Shown one piece after another: positions 53,801 through 62,476 of a DNA stretch of 64,000 nucleotides. Made by a program: the position numbers and the translations under genes. The notes under the pieces are model-generated. The model did no database searches and was not told the origin of the DNA. It saw only the letters and a list, made by a program, of their open reading frames with translations. Origin of the DNA: Carpediemonas membranifera BICM. Lineage: Eukaryota; Protista; Fornicata. Location of the stretch: NCBI GenBank assembly GCA_019828565.1, contig JAHDYR010000053.1, positions 966,272-1,030,271 on the forward strand. The letters are read 5' to 3'. The number at the start of each line of letters is the position of its first letter. Positions within the stretch are counted from its first letter, which is position 1.

Positions 53801-56800
53801 GCTGAACACCGTCTTCGCCAACCTCATCGGTGACCTAATCATCGCCAGCGGGTCCATCTCGTACCTCGGCCCGTTCAGCACACAGTATCGTAAGGAGTGT
53901 ATCGCCGACTGGCTGGCGAAGGCGAAGGAGCTCGGGCTTCAGTGCTCTGACGACTTCAACCTCTCTACTGTGCTGGGTGACCCGATCACCATCAGACGCT
54001 GGAACCTCAATGGGCTCCCCACTGACCCATTCAGCGTCGACAACGGCATCATCACTACGATGTCTAAGCGGTGGCCCCTGATGATCGACCCGCAAGGTCA
54101 AGCCCACGCCTGGGTCAAGAAGATGGAGGCAGACAGGCAGCTCAAGATTGTCAAGCAGACGGACTCCGACTTCTTGCGGTCACTGGAGAACGCCATCCGC
54201 TTTGGCACTACTGTGTTGCTCGAGAACATCCCAGAGGAGCTGGACCCCGCCCTCGAGCCGATCCTTCTTCGGCAGACATTCAAGCAGGGTAATCAGTTGA
54301 TGATCCGGTTGGGCGACACGGTGGTGGAGTACTCCCCCTCCTTCCGCCTCTACCTGACGACCAAGCTGTCTAACCCCAGGTACTCGCCCGAGATTTGCAC
54401 CCGTACGACTCTGGTCAACTTCGCCATCACACCCCAGGGCCTGGAAGACCAGCTCCTGGTTACCGTAGTGGCCAATGAACGGCCAGAGCTTGAGAAGGAG
54501 AAGGCTGAACTTATGGTTGAGAACGCCGCGAACCAGGCTCAGCTCCAGGAGATCGAGGATCGGATCTTGCGGATGCTGTCTGAAGCCAAGGGCAACATCC
54601 TGGACGACCAGGAGCTCATAGACGTCCTCTCAGCGTCCAAGGTCACGTCCGCCGAGATCAACACCAGAGTTAAGGCGGCGCAGGTGACTGAGGCCAAGAT
54701 CGACGCCATTCGCCTGAAGTACCGAATCGTCGCCGTCCGAGCAGCGACGCTGTTCTTCGCCATCGACGACCTGAAGTCTATCGAGGCGATGTACCAGTAT
54801 TCACTCCGATGGTTCACCAACCTCTTCATCAACACCATCGCCACGGCGCCGCGGTCGTCAGACCTCGACAAGCGCCTCGTAACCCTCGTTGAGCAATTCA
54901 CCCTCGACCTCTACCGCAACGTATGCCGCTCCCTGTTTGCCAGAGACAAGCTTATGTTCTCATTCGCACTCGCCTGCCGCATTAAGCTACACGCCGGTGA
55001 GATCGATCCCGATGAGTATCAGTTCCTCCTCACCGGCAACACCGACCTCGATCTTGTCCCAGACGTCACCAACCCCGGCACTGGATGGCTCGATGACGGC
55101 ACCTGGCAGCAGGTATTTGCCATGGGCAAGACGCTGGAGTCGTTTAAGTCGATAACCACCCACATGGTGTCTAACAGAGATGCATGGAAGCGTTGGAACT
55201 CCAAGGCGACCATCGCGGCCATGGATGCCATCCCGGGTATGGAGGAGATCACGCCCTTCCAGCGTCTTGTCATGCTCCGCTTCCTGCGACCCGATCACTT
55301 CACGAACGAGGTCTCCGAGTTTGTCCGACACTCCCTCGGAAAGGATTTCGTTCGACCCCCGCCCTTCGACATCAAGGCGGCCTATGATGATTCCAACGCC
55401 ACATCGCCGCTCATCTTCGTGCTGTCTACAGGCGCCGATCCCGTATCCAACCTGATGAAGTTCGCAGACACCATGGGCTTCAGCGGCAATAAGCTGAGGT
55501 CGATCTCCCTCGGACAGGGCCAGGGTCCTATCGCAGAGAAGATGATCCAAGACGGCCTCGAAAGGGGCGCTTGGGTTGTTCTTAGCAAGTTTGTACCTTT
55601 CTTTGAGTTTATTACACAGCTGCCATCTCGCCGCCTCATGGATGGGCAGTCTCGAGCGTATTGTCGAGCACTTTAACCCCGAGAAGATCAACCCGGCCTT
55701 CCGTCTCTGGCTGACGTCGATGCCCAGCGAGAAGTTCCCCGTCTCCATCCTCCAGAATGGTGTGAAGATGACGATGGAGCCTCCCAGAGGCCTCAGCGCT
55801 AACGTCGAGGAGGCATACCTCGACTGGTCCGAGGAAACCATGGAGCACAAGACGAAGCCCAAGGAGTGGCGTAAGTTGCTCTACTCCCTCGCGTTCTTCC
55901 ACGCCATCCTCCTCGAGCGCCGCAAGTTCGGCGCCCTCGGCTTCAACGTCGCCAACGTCGAGTTCAACGCCTCGGACCTCCGCATCTCGTCACAGCAGCT
56001 CGGCATGTTCCTGCAGCAGTACGACCAACTGCCTTTCAAGGCGCTGAAGTACGTCATCGGCCATGCCAACTATGGTGGTCGTATCAACGACGACCAGGAC
56101 CGCCGTTGTCTCGTCACCATCCTTAACGACTTCATCGACGAGAAGGTGCTCGTCCCCGGCTACGAGTACGCACCCGGCTACCCCGCCCCGTCCGACACTG
56201 ACTACGAGGGCTACCTCCGCTTTGCCAGAGATCTCCCCATGACGGATTCCCCGTCGGTATTCGGGCTCCACGACAACGCCTCGATCACATTCGCTCGCAA
56301 TGAGACGCATGACCTCATTGAGAAGGTCGTATCCCTCCAGCCACGCAAGATCTCATCCAGCGGCGAAGGATCGGGCGCCGACCCCGTGCTCGAGCTCGCC
56401 CAGTCCATCCTGGGTCGGCTTCCCATGCCATTCAACGAGGCAGCGATCCAAAGGAAGTACCCAACCCGCTACGAGGATTCGATGAATACTGTGCTCGTGC
56501 AGGAGGTCGTAAGGTTCAACAGACTCCTCAGAAAGGTTCGTGTCAGTCTGGTTGAGGTCCAGAAGGCCATCAAGGGCCTCGTGGTCATGTCGGCCGAGTA
56601 CGAGCACATGCACAGCGCCATGGGCATCGGTAAGGTGCCAGACCTGTGGATGACGGTCTCATACCCCTCCCTGAAGCCACTCGGGCCATACATCGCGGAC
56701 CTCCTCAAGCGTCTGACGTTCATCCAGGACTGGATCGACCGAGGGTCACCCACGGTCTTCTGGATCTCAGGTCTCTTCTTCCCGCAGGCTTTCCTCACGG

Positions 56801-57222
56801 GTACCCTCCAGAACACAGCGAGAGGCATGGCATTCCCCATCGATGAGCTGTCTTTCGACTTTGAGGTTGTGGAGGAGAGCAAGATGTCTCTTACACCGCC
56901 AGAGGTGGGCGTCTACATCGACGGTCTCTTCATCGAGTCAGCTCGGTGGGACTTCGAGAAGCACACCATCAACGAGCCCGAGCCTCGCCAACTGTTTGCC
57001 CCCATGCCTGTTATTCACCTCATTCCCAAGAAGACGGCCGAGATCGTACCCAAGCCGTGCGAGTACAACTGCCCAATGTATAAGACGACACTTAGGTGGG
57101 GCGTTCTCAGTACTACTGGTCACAGCACTAACTTCGTCCTCATGGTTCGTCTGCCCTCGTGCATGCCGGAGCGCCACTACGTTAAGCGTGCGGTCGCAAT
57201 GATTTGCCAGCTCGACGACTAA
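44854..57222 (+). CDS. Axonemal inner-arm dynein heavy chain (single-headed, DNAH1-like), ~4102 aa; exons 44854-49348, 49378-55588, 55620-57222
   Basis: P-loops GPAGTGKT, GLTLSGKT, GITGTSKT and GVGGSGRQS; CFDEFNRI; stalk; C-terminal LSTTGHSTNFV...QLDD. Two mini-introns restore CAVFITMNPG and VLSNCHLA. Confidence 0.96.
49349..49377 (+). other. Spliceosomal mini-intron, 29 nt
   Basis: GTAAGT...CTAACACAG. Restores CAVFITMNPGY. Confidence 0.92.
55589..55619 (+). other. Spliceosomal mini-intron, 31 nt
   Basis: GTTTGT...TTACACAG. Restores WVVLSNCHLA. Confidence 0.92.
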
Positions 57223-57623
57223 CTTATCTGATATTTAAAGTGTTTATAGTTCGATGCTTGCTTGCTGAGTGCGGGACATTCCCAGTCGAGCGTGCTGTTA
57301 TGGGAGGTCCCGTGGCAGGCGCCAGTGCAGTGAGAGCTAGCAAGTGTAACAGGTAATGAAGGGCGTGCCTCGTCAGTAAACGATCACGGTGTCTGGTGAG
57401 GATCAGCGAGCATTCACTGCAAAGGCAGCCCAGAATCGTGGGTCAAATACGAATCATAATTGTAAGAGTGTCTGCGGGTGTCTTTTAAAGGAGATTCGCC
57501 TGGTGCGGTAACTGTGTTTCCGATTTCACGCCTGCCGCCGGTCATTCATTCCATGACTCCGCTGGAGTCGTCAGGAAGGTTGCGCAGCGAAATTAAGTGC
57601 TACAGCTTCTATTAGGTAGTTGT

Positions 57624-59354
57624 ATGCTTTCTCATCGCAATCTCTTGGAGTTGGAAGAACAAGACGTGCTTAGCGCGTTTACAACGCAGCAATTGTTGTC
57701 GATTGCTGCGTTTAAGGACATGAAACGCTCTGAGCAGTCAATTATGGACATATATCGGTTCACACCAGAGAATAAGCTCCGTGGAATCGTTCAAAGTGCG
57801 ATCACCGACTTAAGGAACGCAGCAGCGAAGATCTCGTATTACCAGCGCACCATTCCAGACTTTGTCACCGAACACGTGCCAAAGATCCAAGTGTGCCTTG
57901 CTAATGCGCGAGATGCTGTTGTAGCATCTAAAGAAAGTGCCAGCATCCCGACGGATGTCTACGGCCTTCTAGAGCAGGATACGGAGACCCTCACGGCCCG
58001 CTGCCTGAAGCTGGGTCTGCCGCCACCTGGAGAAGTGTCGGTAGTGACCAGCCAGGAGTCAGCGATTGCTGCAATGAAGAAGTTGGAGCAGTCTCTGTAC
58101 GATGGGATGGGTGCGGCCTCTCGCCTCGACACCGTCCTTCACGCCATATTTAAACGGATGCACCAAGCGTCCCAACAAGCCAGCCAAAACCTACTGTCTC
58201 AAGCCAGCCTCGAGCACAACGTCGTGGGAGCCGACCTAGACCTATCTGGGTGGCAATCGGCGTTGGATCACGCGCTGGCCGCCCTCACGTTCGCTGTGAA
58301 GTGGAAGGACATCGACAACCCCAGTCCTATGCTCATGCTGCCACATCACGTTCTTCTGGCGACATTTGTGCAATCCGGGGTGGGCTCTAGCGCGTGGTTG
58401 TTGCACGAACGGGTTCTATTTTGCCGCAAACACTTCATGGAGGAATCAACGCCGCTCAATCGTAAGACCAAGCACGGTGTGGACGGCCTACGCCTGTACA
58501 ACGGCCGTCTCTTCTCCCAGATGTCGCCGCAGACCGTTAGTTCATCCCGGTCCCAGCCTCCGCAGGGTAAGACACCGGGACTACAGAAGATGGTGAGGCT
58601 GCCGCACGTCCTGCGTGTGATTACAGGCCAGTACAGTACATGGGCCATCACTTACCAGGGCATATTCGCCTGGGGCAACAACGGCGACGGCCGACTCGGC
58701 GTCGACTCGCCCGAGTCAGAAGTTGCTGTGCCGGTTAGAGTCAAGTTCGTTCTCGGTCACCCCACACATATGCCGCGGACCACATACATTGGTCTGCCTG
58801 GCCTATCTGATCCTGAGTGGCACCAAGCTCAGCTCCATGCGTCTCTGTGGTGCGAGGGGAACTCATACGCGGAGTCTGGTGTCACATTCCTGTCACTGGC
58901 GGGTCATTTGTTCGCCACAGGCTGCTGTACGTGGGGCCGACTCGGCATTGGCAGTGGTTGGGGTCGGCATGTGAGGGCTTTCGTGCCAGTCCAGTTATTG
59001 CCTGAGATCTACCCGCTGAATGTCATAATCGGACCCGGGACGACGTTTATGCAGTGTGCCGGACGCCAGTGCTATGTCTGCGGAGACAACGACGCTGCCA
59101 AACTCGGCGTGGACACGTCGACCCGGTCAACCCGAACGCCCCTGCCGCTCCCCTTTGCAGTGGACGGTGTGTCTACCCAGGCGAATGGGACGCTCTTCCT
59201 GTCGAACAACACAGTTTATGCGACACCGACTGCGGACCCAAGTTTGGTGCCGGAGGAGTGGCGGAAGTCGGCAGAGGGAGAGCTTGTGATCCAGTCGACC
59301 GCCAAGGAGAAGAGGGACGAGTCAGTCAGCGATAGTGTTTCCAATGAACCGTGA
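57624..59354 (+). CDS. RCC1/BLIP-II-like repeat protein with helical N-terminus
   Basis: GIFAWGNNGDGRLGV, LFATGCCTWGRLGIG and YVCGDNDAAKLGV repeats. Shares an (L/F)C(R/K)K.F segment with the pseudogene at 3.9-6.4 kb. Confidence 0.75.
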   Translation: MLSHRNLLELEEQDVLSAFTTQQLLSIAAFKDMKRSEQSIMDIYRFTPENKLRGIVQSAITDLRNAAAKISYYQRTIPDFVTEHVPKIQVCLANARDAVVASKESASIPTDVYGLLEQDTETLTARCLKLGLPPPGEVSVVTSQESAIAAMKKLEQSLYDGMGAASRLDTVLHAIFKRMHQASQQASQNLLSQASLEHNVVGADLDLSGWQSALDHALAALTFAVKWKDIDNPSPMLMLPHHVLLATFVQSGVGSSAWLLHERVLFCRKHFMEESTPLNRKTKHGVDGLRLYNGRLFSQMSPQTVSSSRSQPPQGKTPGLQKMVRLPHVLRVITGQYSTWAITYQGIFAWGNNGDGRLGVDSPESEVAVPVRVKFVLGHPTHMPRTTYIGLPGLSDPEWHQAQLHASLWCEGNSYAESGVTFLSLAGHLFATGCCTWGRLGIGSGWGRHVRAFVPVQLLPEIYPLNVIIGPGTTFMQCAGRQCYVCGDNDAAKLGVDTSTRSTRTPLPLPFAVDGVSTQANGTLFLSNNTVYATPTADPSLVPEEWRKSAEGELVIQSTAKEKRDESVSDSVSNEP

Positions 59355-59476
59355 ATGAGGTGCGGACGATTGTACTTATCTCAGCCCATCATCGCAGCTT
59401 TGTTAAAAGACGGCAGCCGTGATGGCCATTAGGCCGGTCAGGTGGGTTGGGGGCGAAGCGTTGGATTTTCAGGCCA

Positions 59477-59806
59477 GGATATCGGATCCAGATACTGCGA
59501 TGACATGATCTTGGGAAGATATGGCGCAGATTGAGTGTAATATATGCGATTTAGGATAAATGTATCTCCCGTCTCTTTCTCGCGGATGAATCTTTCTTTG
59601 GTTCGGATCAGGTTGAGGTCGATTCTTCTGTTCGATACAGCCGGCATGGAAGAAAATGAAGTTGCAGAGGTTTCTAAATAGTACTTCAAGGTATCCCTAT
59701 CCCATGAATAGCGACATAGCTGTGCAGTATGAATGACATTCAGAGGAATGAGGCTGTGTGAGATTGTTGTGCAATGATGTGTTGCGCTTGTCCAAGGCCA
59801 CACGAC
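59477..59806. mobile_element. 330-bp non-autonomous element, copy 2, 3-bp TSD CCA
   Basis: GGATATCGG...CCACACGAC flanked by CCA at 59474-59476 and 59807-59809. Same orientation as copy 1. Confidence 0.9.
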
Positions 59807-59957
59807 CCAGGGTTAGCCCCCCTCTGAGCCGGGCTTCCTGGCAACTAGCCTCTCCGCTGGCTGCAACCCCTCCGACAGGGTCAACCATAAATCAATTACA
59901 TGATCGATTTGTCAAATGTATCTGCTGACGTCAGCAACCGAAAGAACAACAGAACAG

Positions 59958-62261
59958 ATGAACGGCAAAAGTCTGTGCGTCTTGGCAATTGTGATTTCTC
60001 TTCTCTCTGTGGCTTTCTGCGAGGAAGCCTCAGAGAAGCATGAGTTCCAGGCTGAGGTGTCTTCTCTGATGAACATCCTCGTTCACAGCCTGTACTCCGA
60101 GAAGGAGGTCTTCTTGCGCGAGCTCCTTTCAAACGCTGCTGATGCGCTGGACAAGCTTCATTACCTATCGCTCACAGAGCCCGAGAAGGTCGAGAAGGGC
60201 GAGCTTGCCATCCACATCGACATCGACACCGCCAACAACCGCCTCGTCATCGAGGATAACGGTATTGGCATGACTCGCGATGAGCTTTCCCACGCCCTCG
60301 GCACCATCGCCGAGTCGGGCACGAAGCGCTTCATCCAATCTCTCCGCGATAAGGAGGTCGGCGCCTCTGCCAACGACCTCATCGGCCAGTTCGGCGTGGG
60401 CTTCTACTCTGCCTTCCTTGCTGCGCACACTGTGACCGTTGAGACAGTATCGTACACTGAGTCTGAGGCCAGCTGCCACACTTGGGAGTCCGTCGCCGAC
60501 ACTGGATCCTACACGATCGCCCACACGCCAGACTGCGGTATCGAGCGGGGCACACGCATCACCCTCCACCTTCGTGACGATGCCCGCGAGTACGCCACCG
60601 AGTACCGGGTCAAGATGCTCGTCGGCACGTACTCTGAGTTCCTCGCCTTCCCCATCTATCTCAGCACAGATGGGAAGCCTTACGACCGTCTGAACACGAA
60701 GCCCGTGCTGTGGCGTCGCCAGCCGTCCGACATTACTGACGAAGAGTACAATCAGTTCTTCAAGGACACCGTGAAGGACTCTCGGCAGCAGGACCCGTTG
60801 AACTGGATGCACTTCACTGGCGAGGGCGACGTCACGTTCTCCTCTCTTGTCTACATCCCTTCCGAGGCGCCCATCCACATCAAGGAGGAGGACAAGGCTC
60901 CCTCTCTCAAGGTCTACGCCAAGCGTGTGTTCATCGGCGCCGACATGAACGGGCTGCTGCCCCAGTGGGCTTCGTTCGTCCGTGGAATCATCGATTGTGA
61001 TGACATCGATCTCAATGTCTCGAGAGAGATGGTCCAAGGGAGCCGGCAGGTAAGAGCAATCGGACGTAAGATCGTGTTCAATCTCCTCAACCGCCTCAAT
61101 AAGATGGCACAGGCTGTTGATGCCGCCCTCATCGGCCTGGAAGAGGGCGAGGAGCCACAGGATCAGGATTTCTACACCTTCTACTTCCACTTCGCAAAGA
61201 ACCTCAAGCTCGGCGTCATCCAGGACGAGGCGAGACGGCCTAAGCTGCTCAACCTCCTTCGCTATCCGTCGACTCACGCGCCAGTCGCACGCGACATTAT
61301 TGATGGACGGTCGATGGTTAGTTTTGAAGACTATGTCGCCAGAGCACCCGAGGGCCAGAAGTCCATCTACTACGCTGCCGGGGAGAACCTCGATGCCCTC
61401 CGCAGGTCCCCCTTCCTTGAGCGTCTGACCGCTCTCGGCGTCGAGGTGCTTTTCCTGACTGACTCTCTCGATGAGTACGTTGTCCAGAACCTCCGTATGT
61501 ACACGGACGAGGACGGCAACAACTGGCACTTCTCCAACGTCGCCAAGGAGGCTGTCGACCTCTCTTTCCTCGAGGAGGCACCAACGCACACCCTCCCGGA
61601 AGGCCTAGTCGCACTCGTCTCCAACTACCTCCTCGACCTGCTCGAGAACCGTAAGGTGGAGCGCGTCGCCGTCTCTCAGCGCCTCACCGACTCTGCGGCA
61701 GTCGTGGTTTCCCCTGGTCTCGCACTGTCTGCAAATCAGCAGCGGATCATGAGATCTCAGACGATGAATGACGTCAGGATGATGTCCATCTTTGAGAACA
61801 TGAAGCGGGTCCTCGAGATCAACGTAGACCACCCTGTTGTCACCAACCTCGCCTACAAGACGGCCTTGCTCTTCACCGAGGCCACTGAGGGTATGAACGA
61901 CGAGGAGAAGGCCGATGCCCTTCGCCACCCTCTCTCTGTTGTCCGCGACGAGACCCTGCTGGCCGAGGCCGACGTTCTTTACGAGACTGCGATGGTGCAG
62001 TCAGGCTTCCCCATCGAGGATGCCATGCGGTACAGCAACAGTGTCTATCAGCTCCTGGGTCAGAACCTGGTCTACCAGGTGCGCGATAAGGTCGACGGCA
62101 TGGCTGACATCGATGCTGCGTTGCTGGAGACGATGGCCATCATTGAAGAGCAGGATAAGGCGGATGAAGAAGAGGAAGTGGTGGATGAGGATATCATTGT
62201 TGGTGATGATGAGTTTGAGGAAGTCTACGAGGAGGCTGACCTCGCCCACGACGAGTTGTGA
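59958..62261 (+). CDS. HSP90B1: ER Hsp90 (GRP94/endoplasmin)
   Basis: Signal peptide, FQAEV, FLRELLSNA.DA.DK, DNGIGMT, LIGQFGVGFYSAFL, LNVSRE, EIN.DHP and C-terminal HDEL. Confidence 0.95.
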   Translation: MNGKSLCVLAIVISLLSVAFCEEASEKHEFQAEVSSLMNILVHSLYSEKEVFLRELLSNAADALDKLHYLSLTEPEKVEKGELAIHIDIDTANNRLVIEDNGIGMTRDELSHALGTIAESGTKRFIQSLRDKEVGASANDLIGQFGVGFYSAFLAAHTVTVETVSYTESEASCHTWESVADTGSYTIAHTPDCGIERGTRITLHLRDDAREYATEYRVKMLVGTYSEFLAFPIYLSTDGKPYDRLNTKPVLWRRQPSDITDEEYNQFFKDTVKDSRQQDPLNWMHFTGEGDVTFSSLVYIPSEAPIHIKEEDKAPSLKVYAKRVFIGADMNGLLPQWASFVRGIIDCDDIDLNVSREMVQGSRQVRAIGRKIVFNLLNRLNKMAQAVDAALIGLEEGEEPQDQDFYTFYFHFAKNLKLGVIQDEARRPKLLNLLRYPSTHAPVARDIIDGRSMVSFEDYVARAPEGQKSIYYAAGENLDALRRSPFLERLTALGVEVLFLTDSLDEYVVQNLRMYTDEDGNNWHFSNVAKEAVDLSFLEEAPTHTLPEGLVALVSNYLLDLLENRKVERVAVSQRLTDSAAVVVSPGLALSANQQRIMRSQTMNDVRMMSIFENMKRVLEINVDHPVVTNLAYKTALLFTEATEGMNDEEKADALRHPLSVVRDETLLAEADVLYETAMVQSGFPIEDAMRYSNSVYQLLGQNLVYQVRDKVDGMADIDAALLETMAIIEEQDKADEEEEVVDEDIIVGDDEFEEVYEEADLAHDEL

Positions 62262-62476
62262 TGATTAAACGAGATGACTAGAGTTGGTTGACCCTGCCCT
62301 TGAACGATGGGTCAGATGGCGCCCAATGTGTTGTTGAGGCGAGAGATGGGACGGGCTTACTGCTCAGTAGCGTCTACTGATCTGGGCGCCGCGGTTGAGA
62401 CATAAATTCCGATTTACGTTGCGATAAACGGTCTCGTCCACTACCCGAAATTCCACTGACACCAGCGGTAGACGGG

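Noticed and set aside
44854-57222. Dynein heavy chain split into three ORFs: trans-splicing (as in Giardia) or programmed frameshifting?
   Set aside because: Both breaks are fully explained by 29- and 31-nt cis GT-AG introns that restore conserved motifs.
59809-59816. AGGGTTAG (CTAACCCT on the minus strand) as a telomeric repeat or telomerase template
   Set aside because: A single 8-mer is expected by chance in 64 kb. There is no array or supporting structure.
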